This document shows, piece after piece, positions 17,010 to 25,162 of a stretch of DNA of 39,182 nucleotides. The stretch is taken from IMG/VR virus record IMGVR_UViG_3300021184_000001, positions 98,854 to 138,035 of that record. One strand, written 5' to 3'. How positions within the stretch are numbered: the first letter of the stretch is position 1; the number at the start of each line of letters is the position of its first letter. Position numbers and translations under genes: made by a program. Under the pieces are notes generated by a model. It was not told the DNA's origin. It made no database searches and saw only the letters and a list, made by a program, of their open reading frames with translations. This stretch comes from a virus.

Positions 17010-17043
17010 CTGCGCCCCCGAGCCGTACGGCTCGGGGGCGCAG
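17010..17043. repeat. Perfect 34-bp palindrome (family D)
   Basis: CTGCGCCCCCGAGCCGT|ACGGCTCGGGGGCGCAG. Confidence 0.9.
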
Positions 17044-17068
17044 TTCGTTGAAGAGGAGGTGAAAAATC

Positions 17069-17350
17069 ATGCTGCGTATCTGGCTCTGGGTCGGCGCCGT
17101 CATTGTCGTGCTCGCCGTCCTGTTCCCGGCCGCGCTGTACGTCCTGATGGCCGTGTTGGCGACCTGGTTCGTGATGGTGCTCTACATGGTGCTCACGGGG
17201 CTGACCCACGAGCGCCAGAACCGCGCCAACAAGGCCGAAGTGCAGCGCCAGGCCCAGGGCCTGGCGATGGAGGCGGCGCTCATCCGCAAGGAGGGGGCCC
17301 GTCTGGCTGCGGTCGAGACCGCGAAGCACAACGCCCTCGCCGAGCGCTGA
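17069..17350 (+). CDS. Small membrane protein (2 TM segments plus coiled tail)
   Basis: GAGGAGG RBS; hydrophobic N-terminal half. Confidence 0.8.
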   Translation: MLRIWLWVGAVIVVLAVLFPAALYVLMAVLATWFVMVLYMVLTGLTHERQNRANKAEVQRQAQGLAMEAALIRKEGARLAAVETAKHNALAER

Positions 17351-17354
17351 CCGT

Positions 17355-17379
17355 CGCCCCGAGCCCGATGCTCGGGGCG
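17355..17379. repeat. Hairpin (family D)
   Basis: CGCCCCGAGC-CCGAT-GCTCGGGGCG, related to 17010. Confidence 0.75.
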
Positions 17380-17407
17380 GCTGTGAACGCTACGGAAGGA
17401 GCACATC

Positions 17408-17686
17408 GTGTACACCGAGGAAATCAAGAAGCTCAAGGCCGACCCGAGGCTGCGGCGGCTGGCGGACCGGATGGCCACGGGCACCGAGCCATGGATCGTG
17501 CGACAGCTGTGGACCGGCGTCGACGATCCGATCGAGTGGTTCGCCACCTTCGCGAAGGAGTACTGGCGCAAGGAGCGCCCGGCGTACCTGTTCCCGCTGG
17601 AGGAGGCGAAGGAGGAGGCGGTGGCCAGGGCGGTCATCGCCCTCTACAAGGAGAAGCGCGAGCGGGTTGAGGACCGCTCGCGCTAG
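17408..17686 (+). CDS. Hypothetical protein
   Basis: GAAGGAG RBS before GTG. Confidence 0.8.
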   Translation: MYTEEIKKLKADPRLRRLADRMATGTEPWIVRQLWTGVDDPIEWFATFAKEYWRKERPAYLFPLEEAKEEAVARAVIALYKEKRERVEDRSR

Positions 17687-17755
17687 CGCGGCCGGTGACG
17701 TCGAACCGGACCGCAGTAGTGAACTCATGCACATCGTATTACAGGAAGGGCGTTC

Positions 17756-18175
17756 GTGGTTAAGCCGAAAGCGCGTGGATCAGATCGGGTGTTCGCGGTC
17801 GTGGGCGCAGCGGGCGGTGACGGGGAAGTCGAGCTGCGGCAGGTGCTGACCTGGCCGAGCCTGGACGCGCTGCGTCAGCAGCTGCTGGCGGGTCTGCCGA
17901 TGACGTCGAAAGAGGTGGTCATCGGGGAGATGAACGCGCCGCTGCGGGTAGGCGTGCGCCTGCCGTGGGGGGCGGAGGAGGCGTGGCTGGTCAAGCTGGG
18001 CTTCGACCGTCCGATGCCGCCGCTGGTCGAGCATGCGCGGTTGACGGTGCTGGAGTCGGAGTTCCGGGGGTCGGGCAACGCGAGGGTGTGGTGGCTGTGG
18101 CCACGGCTGCGTGGGGCGTACGTGATCACTCGGACGCCGATGGGTCTGGCGTTGGAGACGGTGATCCCTGGGTGA
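17756..18175 (+). CDS. Hypothetical protein
   Basis: AGGAAGG RBS; codon use more G-rich than neighbours. Confidence 0.55.
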   Translation: MVKPKARGSDRVFAVVGAAGGDGEVELRQVLTWPSLDALRQQLLAGLPMTSKEVVIGEMNAPLRVGVRLPWGAEEAWLVKLGFDRPMPPLVEHARLTVLESEFRGSGNARVWWLWPRLRGAYVITRTPMGLALETVIPG

Positions 18176-18358
18176 TGAAGGAGGGAAGGGCGTCCTGTGG
18201 TGCGGGAATGCTCCCGGTTGCGAACGCGGCCACCCGAGACGCGCGCCTGAAATAAGCCACAATTTTACGCTCATGAGGCGTTGCTGCCTTATTGTCGTTA
18301 TTGCCGTCGGTGCACGGATACGTACCGGCGGCTTTCGCATACCGGAAAGGGGAACATC

Positions 18359-18598
18359 ATGTACACGTTGCCGTCGTGGCTGCGCGAGGACAACGATTAC
18401 CTCGTCGACCGGCCCGAGATCATCCAACTTGCCTGCTGGGCGCTCGGCGTCTACGACAAGGAAGAGTGGTACTCCGGCGAGGTCCCCGACGATGTGTGGG
18501 ACATCGACAACGCCGACCTCGTCGACGAAGTGACGGACCTGGTCGAGAAGGGCTCCAGCTGGAAGGAGGCGTTCGAGCGCGTGAAGGACCGCCTATGA
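18359..18598 (+). CDS. Small acidic hypothetical protein
   Basis: GAAAGGGG RBS after AT-rich promoter-like DNA. Confidence 0.75.
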   Translation: MYTLPSWLREDNDYLVDRPEIIQLACWALGVYDKEEWYSGEVPDDVWDIDNADLVDEVTDLVEKGSSWKEAFERVKDRL

Positions 18599-18954
18599 CC
18601 GACACGAATCCTGGCGAGACCCCGTTCTACACTCACATCACCGTCGTCGGCGGATCGTTCCGGGTGGGCTTCTACCACGGCGTCGACCAAGCAGACATCA
18701 TCGAGGTCGAAGGCTGGGTGGCCGAAGAGCTGCAGGTCCAGGCGGCCACGTGCGAGGAGATCCGCGCCGAGGCCCACCGGCTCATCGACCGGGCGGTCGC
18801 GACCGGCCGCTACCCTGGTTACTCCCCGAAGCAGGGAGCGGCCGAGGTGAAACGGACGCTGACCAGCTGGTGCAAGTCGGCGAAGACCACCCATCATCCG
18901 GGGTGGAAGTCGGGTCGCCGCCACTCCCGATGGGGCGGCGACCCGGGGAGGTAG
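18595..18954 (+). CDS. Hypothetical protein
   Basis: ATGA overlap, GAAGGA RBS. Confidence 0.7.
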   Translation: MTDTNPGETPFYTHITVVGGSFRVGFYHGVDQADIIEVEGWVAEELQVQAATCEEIRAEAHRLIDRAVATGRYPGYSPKQGAAEVKRTLTSWCKSAKTTHHPGWKSGRRHSRWGGDPGR

Positions 18955-19078
18955 GCACCGGCTGCCCGGTGCCTGAAGGTCTGGGTTGGCGGTGAGCTGC
19001 CAGCCCTGATCGACTTCCATCCATTGTAAGTCTATCGCCCCCCGTTGGGGGCTTTTGCGATATATGTGAGGAGAGACC

Positions 19079-19588
19079 ATGCTTGACCACCCCAACCGGT
19101 TCGCGATCAACGAGCCGGTCCTGTTCCGCACCGCCGATTCCCGGGTCCCCGAATGGACCGAGGGCGTCGTCATCGCCATCGCGGCCTACAAGGAATCGCG
19201 CCGCAAGAACCACTACGGCGTCTACGGGCCCGAGGAGCACACCCCCGACTGCGACGGGGTGTACTACACGATCACCGCCAAGAACCACAACGACTGCGAC
19301 GAGGACTATGACGCGATCTGCGTCTGCGAGGACGCGATCAGCGACGTCGGCGCTGCCAAGCGCTGGGCTGGGCAGGCGCTCACCGATCTGCAGGACTACA
19401 AGCTCTGCTGGATCGACCATGTCGTAGCCGGTCGGCCGCTCACCGCCGTTCCCCAGCCGGGCAACGACCGGGTGGCGCTGTGCAGCGGCAACGACATCGC
19501 CGCGTACGCCCACGCCGACGACCTCCTCGCGTGGGCGGCCGGGCTCGAACGCCACCCCGCGCACGAGAGCAAGCAGCCCGACGCGTGA
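19079..19588 (+). CDS. Hypothetical protein
   Basis: GAGGAG RBS. Confidence 0.75.
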   Translation: MLDHPNRFAINEPVLFRTADSRVPEWTEGVVIAIAAYKESRRKNHYGVYGPEEHTPDCDGVYYTITAKNHNDCDEDYDAICVCEDAISDVGAAKRWAGQALTDLQDYKLCWIDHVVAGRPLTAVPQPGNDRVALCSGNDIAAYAHADDLLAWAAGLERHPAHESKQPDA

Positions 19589-19601
19589 GTGACACGAGCC
19601 C

Positions 19602-19856
19602 ATGACCTACCAGTTCGCCATCACCTGCCTGGAGTGCCGCGAGAGCGCGCCGCTGCTGTCGATCGACGCGATCGACGGCAGCGGCGGCGAGCCGTGGATA
19701 CGGCTGACCATGGGCTGCGGGCACACCCCCAGCGTGCCCGAGCGGCACCGCGTCAAGATCGAACGCCTCGCCATCGGCGCCACCGGCGGCATCGCCCTCT
19801 ACGACCCCGATGGGCACCCCACCTACCTGCTGCGCGGCGAACCCACCGTGTCCTGA
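19602..19856 (+). CDS. Small Zn-ribbon-like protein (CLEC...CGH)
   Basis: GC3 bias, Cys motifs. Confidence 0.65.
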   Translation: MTYQFAITCLECRESAPLLSIDAIDGSGGEPWIRLTMGCGHTPSVPERHRVKIERLAIGATGGIALYDPDGHPTYLLRGEPTVS

Positions 19857-19886
19857 ACCCAATCCTCCGAGTAAGGAACCCGCTGA

Positions 19887-20345
19887 ATGAAAGCTGCCCT
19901 GATCATGGCGGCCGGTGCCGCCGTCGTCGCCGTCGGCGCTGCGTGCAGCGCCTCCGACTGGGAGCACACGCCCCAGCCTCCCAAGTCCGGCACCGTCACC
20001 GAACTGGAATACGAACCGGGGTACTGGGAGGAGGACTGCTACACCCAGTCGGTGTACGACTCCCGCACCAGAACCTACAAGAACAAGCAGGTGTGCAGCG
20101 ACCGCTGGGTGCCGGAATGCTACGAGGTCGACTTCGAGACCCCCGAGGGCGACGAGCTGGAGGAGTGCACCATCGAGGAGGTCTTCACGGGGCTCGCCGT
20201 CGGCGACGTCTACATCGAGGGCATGGACGACCTCGCCACGCACACGCCGTGGCTGACACCGTCGCCGTCGCCCTCGGTCGCCCCGTCCACATCACTGTCG
20301 CCCTCCCCGTCGCCGACGGCGAGCGCGTCCGCCAGCGCGGGCTAA
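19887..20345 (+). CDS. Lipoprotein with Pro/Ser-rich tail, paralog of 32498
   Basis: Signal peptide ending GAAC; four conserved Cys; L.VGD.Y motif. Confidence 0.75.
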   Translation: MKAALIMAAGAAVVAVGAACSASDWEHTPQPPKSGTVTELEYEPGYWEEDCYTQSVYDSRTRTYKNKQVCSDRWVPECYEVDFETPEGDELEECTIEEVFTGLAVGDVYIEGMDDLATHTPWLTPSPSPSVAPSTSLSPSPSPTASASASAG

Positions 20346-21085
20346 GCGCCCAGGAGCGCGGCCCAGGAGTTGTCGCCGAGGATGCCGTCGCCGCGCCCGT
20401 TGGAGAGCACGCTGTCACGGACCTTGCGCGCGACCTGGAACCGCTTGAGGGCGTCCTCTGTTCCTGGTCCCCACTGCCCGTCGGGCTCACCTCGCGAGTT
20501 GAACGAATTCGCTGGTGGGAAACCGTTCGCGGCAAGGAGGGACTGGGCCCGCTTCTTGTCGGCTGTCGGCGCGTTGTTGTTGTCGATGGTCGGGAGCGCC
20601 ATGATGATCTCCTCGATCAGGCGGGGGCGGCTGGGCACCGACGGCTTCGGTGGGATCGGTGCGCCGCTGGCGATGCCCCACGGGCTGGTGTCGTCGTAGG
20701 GCCCGGTCGAATGGCCGTCCGGGCCTCGGCCGACCGAGACGTGCATGTGCTTGGTGTGGGGGTTGGAGCCGGAGTAGCGGCGCCATCCTTCGGAGGCGCG
20801 TGCGCGCGACCAGATCTGGCGGTTCCAGATGACGTATTTGAGCGCCGGTGGGGCGACGGCGACGATGCGTCGGGAGATGCGGTGCATATCTGCCCCATCG
20901 CCGGGGTCGTGCGTGAAGTCGCGGGCGCAGACGACGTTCTGGTCGTTGGGGTTGTGGTCGGAGTCGGATGCGGCATGGGCCGCGTCGCCGATCGCGCCGT
21001 CGGAGGCGGTGCTGCGGCCGGGTGCGACCTGGTTGATCTCGGCCCTCAGGACTTCGAGACTCCGCGCCACCCGCCAACTAGACAT
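20342..21085 (-). CDS. Endolysin-like cell-wall hydrolase: M15/Hedgehog-type Zn peptidase-like domain plus C-terminal peptidoglycan-binding domain
   Basis: SDHN...ARD...YVIW...NPHTKHMHVS; PG-binding motifs DGQWGPGTEDALKRFQ and DGILGDNSWAALLG. Confidence 0.8.
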   Translation of the reverse strand: MSSWRVARSLEVLRAEINQVAPGRSTASDGAIGDAAHAASDSDHNPNDQNVVCARDFTHDPGDGADMHRISRRIVAVAPPALKYVIWNRQIWSRARASEGWRRYSGSNPHTKHMHVSVGRGPDGHSTGPYDDTSPWGIASGAPIPPKPSVPSRPRLIEEIIMALPTIDNNNAPTADKKRAQSLLAANGFPPANSFNSRGEPDGQWGPGTEDALKRFQVARKVRDSVLSNGRGDGILGDNSWAALLGA

Positions 21086-21165
21086 AACGGAAGTTTACCG
21101 CACAAAACGGACATATCGTAACTTCAGTTGAACGTGAGAGAATATCCTGAATCGACAGGAGCACT

Positions 21166-21654
21166 ATGCCCAAGCAGCAGACCACCATCGTGATCACCGG
21201 CATCGAGAACCGAGGTGAGGCCGACTTCGGCTACTTCTACTTCAGCGACGGCGTCCGGGTCGGCTACCGGCGCGTGGACAACCGCTGGGAGGTCTCCGGC
21301 GGCGGCAAGTACTGGCCCGAGCCGCAACCCGTGCGCCTGCAGGTAGTCCATCACTACCTGCGCACCCACGGACCGGTCGAGCTGGAGCGCACCATCGACA
21401 TCAGCAACCAGGGCACCCGCGAGCACCCGTGGGGCGTCATCCGTGTTTCCGACGGCACCGAGGCCGACTTCGACATCACGCGCCCCGGCGCGGCCGACAC
21501 CATCGCGGTGTCGCCCCGGCACCAGAGGAACAACACCCCCGACTACATCAAGTGGCTCGTGGACGAGCTCACCGGGGCGCTGGCCGAAACCGACTGGGAC
21601 ATCCTCCCGGCCGAGGGGAAGGGGGCACCGGTCGACCAGGCGGTGGCCGCGTGA
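21166..21654 (+). CDS. Hypothetical protein with two copies of a small domain
   Basis: AGGAG RBS; IENRG..FGYFYFSDG and ISNQG..WGVIRVSDG. Confidence 0.75.
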   Translation: MPKQQTTIVITGIENRGEADFGYFYFSDGVRVGYRRVDNRWEVSGGGKYWPEPQPVRLQVVHHYLRTHGPVELERTIDISNQGTREHPWGVIRVSDGTEADFDITRPGAADTIAVSPRHQRNNTPDYIKWLVDELTGALAETDWDILPAEGKGAPVDQAVAA

Positions 21655-21875
21655 AGGTCGTCTCTGTCGACAACCGGGCCACCCTCGAACCGGCCTGGGG
21701 GTTCATCCACTTCGACGACCGCAACAGCGCCGCCTTCACCTCGAAGAACGGCTTCTGGGAGGTGGGGGAGGGTGGACCGAACTGGCCCACGGCGACCACC
21801 GAGGCCCACCTCGAACTCGCGCTGGCGCACCTGGAGCAGCACGGCCCCAGGATGCCCGACGAATCCACACCCTGA
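21651..21875 (+). CDS. Single-domain paralog of the 21166 N-domain
   Basis: VDNRA..WGFIHFDD...WEVGEGGPNWP...HLEQHGP. Confidence 0.7.
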   Translation: MKVVSVDNRATLEPAWGFIHFDDRNSAAFTSKNGFWEVGEGGPNWPTATTEAHLELALAHLEQHGPRMPDESTP

Positions 21876-21889
21876 AATGCATGATCGGT

Positions 21890-21926
21890 AAAGCCCCGGG
21901 CGCGACTGTGCCCGGGGCTTTCGTTC
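21890..21926 (+). terminator. Intrinsic terminator-like hairpin
   Basis: AAAGCCCCGGGC/GCCCGGGGCTTT followed by CGTT. Confidence 0.7.
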
Positions 21927-21939
21927 GAGAGGCAACCGC

Positions 21940-22632
21940 ATGTCCACATCCGAGACCCCCTACATCGACCCCGGCAAGTGGCCGCGCCTGATCGTGGCGG
22001 GGCAGCCGGTCACCGAAGCGCAGGCCGACGAGATCCTGATCCGCACCTGCGTCCTCTACTACCTCCACTGCAACGACCACGACTGGGACCACATCGTCGC
22101 GCGGATCGTGTTCAAGGACGAGCGCGCCGCCGAACACGACTTTCCGTTCCAGCGGATGCGCGACCGCGTCGAGGAACTGGGGGTCCTCAACCTGGCGTAC
22201 CTGGAGACCTACCGGATCTCCTCCTCCTGGATCGGCGGCCCGCGCGGGTGGTGCGACTGGGATGGCCGGATCGGCAGTGTGTACAACGTCGGCAAGTGGC
22301 CCTCCGTGGAGGAGATCGGTGACGAGTGGTCCCAGATCGCCGCCGCCTTCCCCTACCTGGACCTGACCGCGCAGCTGGTCAGCGGTGAGGGCATCGGGCA
22401 GCTGTGCGGGCAGTGGCGCGTCAAGGACGGCGTGGCCGCCGCCGAGGCGCCCGGTGAGCTGCTGGTGCCCCCCGCGCAGCAGGAGAAGGCAGCCGACGCC
22501 GCCATCGCGCACTTCTTCGCCGAACGGCTGTTCAACCCCGGGAGTGAGCGCGGGGTCAGCCCCGAGCGGCTGCAGCGGGCGGTCGACCGGGTCGAGAGAA
22601 AGATCGCCGGAGCGACGCAGGGCGATCGGTAA
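21940..22632 (+). CDS. Conserved large-phage-type hypothetical protein (SSWIGGPRGWCDWDG...NVGKWPS)
   Basis: GAGG RBS; motif-rich; function unknown. Confidence 0.8.
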   Translation: MSTSETPYIDPGKWPRLIVAGQPVTEAQADEILIRTCVLYYLHCNDHDWDHIVARIVFKDERAAEHDFPFQRMRDRVEELGVLNLAYLETYRISSSWIGGPRGWCDWDGRIGSVYNVGKWPSVEEIGDEWSQIAAAFPYLDLTAQLVSGEGIGQLCGQWRVKDGVAAAEAPGELLVPPAQQEKAADAAIAHFFAERLFNPGSERGVSPERLQRAVDRVERKIAGATQGDR

Positions 22633-22700
22633 CATCTACCGAAAAACCGGACATAGTGGGATAATTGGTCTGTATACCCTTCAATGGGAAGCAGGTCATC

Positions 22701-22916
22701 ATGTTCACGAAGGAGTTCTGGAAAGACACCTCCGAACGAGCCGTCCGCAATGCCGCGACCTCATTCGTCGCCGCCTTCGGAGCCGAAGCCCTCTTGTGGG
22801 ACCTCGGCTGGGAAGTCGTTGTGGGCATCCCACTCACCGCCGCCGTCCTCGAAGTGGCAATCGCCCTCTCTGGCTCCAAGATCGGCCAGAAAAACACCGC
22901 CAGCCTCACCGACTGA
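22701..22916 (+). CDS. Holin, r1t-like family
   Basis: MFTKEFWKDTSERAVRNAA signature with two hydrophobic segments. Confidence 0.8.
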   Translation: MFTKEFWKDTSERAVRNAATSFVAAFGAEALLWDLGWEVVVGIPLTAAVLEVAIALSGSKIGQKNTASLTD

Positions 22917-22941
22917 ACTGGCCCGGCTCCCTACACGCTGT

Positions 22942-22971
22942 TGCCCGGCGCGCTCATCACCGCGCCGGGCA
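22942..22971 (+). terminator. 11-bp hairpin after holin
   Basis: TGCCCGGCGCG/CGCGCCGGGCA. Confidence 0.5.
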
Positions 22972-23055
22972 CCGCTGTGTCGCCTCCTCGTCGTAGGCTG
23001 AGAATCTTCCTCGTACTTCACAGGGCACCCCCGTGCCCGCAATGAAAGGAACCCC

Positions 23056-23646
23056 GTGACCCGACGTTTGCGTCTCAACCACCTCTTCGACCTCTGGGCG
23101 GTGTGGGTCATCGCCCTGTTCGTCATTGCCAACGCCGTCACCACCGCCATCTGGCCCGACCTCGACACGCTCTTGACGTGGACGGTGATGTGGCCCGTCG
23201 TCATCCTGCACGCCGTCGGCCTGTTGACACTCGCCCGCAAGCACGAATCCATCGCATGCGACATCTGCCGAGACCGCTTCCTCGTCGTCCCCGGCGATGA
23301 CACCGCCCGGCGAGCACGCCCCTACCTCATCCTCACCCACGTCGTGATGTGGCTGAGTGACCGGCTGCGCAAGCTGGGCTTCGACGCGCTGGGCGCAGGC
23401 ATCATCGCCGCCATGGCCCTCGTGGTAGCTGTCACCAGCATCGCCCGACTGATCGTCCCGGCGCACTGGACCGGCGTGGTCGCGATCCTGTTCGTGATCT
23501 TCTTCGTGCATTCGGTGCGCCGACACTCCCAGCTGCAGCCGTGGTGCCCGTGGTGCCGCCGAGGAGGCACCCCCGAAGACGAGCCCGAAGTCCCCGACCC
23601 GCAGCCGAGCACCGGCCGCGACCTCGCACTGGAAGGCGCCAAATGA
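23056..23646 (+). CDS. Membrane protein (about 4 TM) with H...CxxC motifs
   Basis: AAAGGA RBS; HESIACDIC and H..LQPWCPWC. Confidence 0.8.
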   Translation: MTRRLRLNHLFDLWAVWVIALFVIANAVTTAIWPDLDTLLTWTVMWPVVILHAVGLLTLARKHESIACDICRDRFLVVPGDDTARRARPYLILTHVVMWLSDRLRKLGFDALGAGIIAAMALVVAVTSIARLIVPAHWTGVVAILFVIFFVHSVRRHSQLQPWCPWCRRGGTPEDEPEVPDPQPSTGRDLALEGAK

Positions 23647-24500
23647 ACCGACCGGATCTGGACGACCGTCCTCTGACCATCGAGGACGCCACGGCCCTGG
23701 GTCACGGGATGCATCAGCTCGCCCAGCGCGTCGCCGCGCACCTGGGCTCCTCCTGGGAGGTGTGCCCCGAGTACAAGCCGGTGGCCATGGTGCTGCGCGC
23801 CGACGGTGATCGACGCCTGCGGATGCGGTACGTCCACCAGGAGGATCAGCACCTCGTGCAGGTGTTCACCCTCGACCTCAACGCCAAGCCCATCACCGAC
23901 ACCATGCTGAACCTCTTCCAGCTGCCGTCGCAGATGGCCGCACATCTGAAAGAGCACGTGCTGCCGGGCTACCGGCGGCGCCTCGACCGCCTGCGCGACG
24001 ACAGGGACCGCGCGAGGGCCTATCGCAGTGCCCACCGGGGGCACGCCCAGTCCGTTGCCGACCGCCTGGGCGAGGGGTGGGAGGTCGCAAGCACCCTCGG
24101 CAGCGTTCGAGCCACACGACCCGCACGCGGGCGCACCATCTTCGGCGAGATCAACTGGTGGGTCGACGGACACATCTCCATCGAGCTGTGCAACGTAACC
24201 CCCGAGGTGATCGAACACCTCATCGACGGCATCCAAGAGCAGATGCGCCTCCACGAGGCGAACCGCATCCCGTGGGGCAACCGCCCGAAACGCCTGAACT
24301 ATCTGCTGGAACTGATGGTTGCCGCCGGTTACCGTATCGACAAGCTCGGTCGCGAACACGAGGAGCTGTTCGGCAAGCCGATGTTCAAGATGGATCTGCG
24401 GGCCGCTCCCGGTGACGACCTCGTGTCGTACGTGCTTGAACGGCAAGACCGCCTCGACCGCGCCATCCGCGTCCTCGAAACCCGACCGGAAGAAGGATGA
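23643..24500 (+). CDS. Hypothetical protein
   Basis: ATGA overlap; internal LGSSWEV / LGEGWEV repeat. Confidence 0.75.
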   Translation: MNRPDLDDRPLTIEDATALGHGMHQLAQRVAAHLGSSWEVCPEYKPVAMVLRADGDRRLRMRYVHQEDQHLVQVFTLDLNAKPITDTMLNLFQLPSQMAAHLKEHVLPGYRRRLDRLRDDRDRARAYRSAHRGHAQSVADRLGEGWEVASTLGSVRATRPARGRTIFGEINWWVDGHISIELCNVTPEVIEHLIDGIQEQMRLHEANRIPWGNRPKRLNYLLELMVAAGYRIDKLGREHEELFGKPMFKMDLRAAPGDDLVSYVLERQDRLDRAIRVLETRPEEG

Positions 24501-24506
24501 CCTGCG

Positions 24507-24989
24507 ATGCCTGTCCCCGACACTGACAACGACGAGAACGACGATCCCACCTGGCGCCTGATCTCCATGTGGAGCGGCGCGGTGGGGCACTACACGACCG
24601 AACGCACCCCCGGGGCCCCCGCCGCCGAAGACACTCGCATGCTCGGCCACTATTTCGGCGAGACCCTCTACCGCCTCGCGGTGAACGGCCTGGAACTCGC
24701 AGGCCCCGCTGGTGAACGCGAACAGCACGAGTTCGCCCAAGGGGTGAGCATGGAGTGGTTCAACATCGTGCGCACCGATCCGGGCCAGCAGGCCATGGCG
24801 GCGCTGGCGATGCTGGCCGAGATGCTGCACGCGGCCATCGACGGGTTGCGTCTGGCCGGAGCGGACGTGAACCACGCGCATGATCTGGCGGTGAAGCTGG
24901 AGGAGTACCTGGACGCGTGCGCCGGTCGCACCGGCCTCGTGGGGGATTTGCGCCAGATGCTCATCGAGAATGCCCGCACCGAAGAGTGA
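24507..24989 (+). CDS. Hypothetical helical protein
   Basis: GAAGGA upstream, GC3 bias. Confidence 0.7.
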   Translation: MPVPDTDNDENDDPTWRLISMWSGAVGHYTTERTPGAPAAEDTRMLGHYFGETLYRLAVNGLELAGPAGEREQHEFAQGVSMEWFNIVRTDPGQQAMAALAMLAEMLHAAIDGLRLAGADVNHAHDLAVKLEEYLDACAGRTGLVGDLRQMLIENARTEE

Positions 24990-25032
24990 AGGGGGCCGTG
25001 GCCACACGGCAACGAATGGTTCAGAATTGAAC

Positions 25033-25065
25033 GACCTGCTCGACGCGGAATTCGTCGAGCAGGTC
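25033..25065 (+). promoter_or_regulatory. Perfect 13-bp hairpin in the tRNA 5' leader
   Basis: GACCTGCTCGACG (25033-45) / CGTCGAGCAGGTC (25053-65); ends 2 nt before the tRNA. Confidence 0.8.
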
Positions 25066-25067
25066 AA

Positions 25068-25143
25068 GCGCCGCTAGCTCAGTTGGAAGAGCCGCTTCCT
25101 TTTAAGTTGCAGGTCCTGGGTTCGATTCCCAGGCGGCGCACCA
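25068..25143 (+). tRNA. tRNA-Lys(UUU) with encoded CCA and atypical anticodon stem
   Basis: Acceptor GCGCCGC/GCGGCGC, D arm GCTC/GAGC, anticodon loop CT-TTT-AA, T arm CTGGG-TTCGATT-CCCAG, ACCA end; anticodon stem GCTTC/GTTGC has two U-U mismatches. Confidence 0.9.
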
Positions 25144-25162
25144 CGACACCACGACGAGTGCC

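Noticed and set aside
18066-18077. GGGGGTCGGGCA, matching the left arm of motif B
   Set aside because: Inside a CDS, short and in G-rich sequence; likely chance
20255-20341. CCGTCG-type repeats as a DNA repeat element
   Set aside because: Explained by the Pro/Ser linker of the lipoprotein
19589-21121. 510-aa plus-strand ORF
   Set aside because: Arg-rich off-frame read-through across real genes and antisense to the endolysin
23322-25067. 581-aa minus-strand ORF
   Set aside because: Antisense to three plus-strand genes with proper RBSs and overlaps
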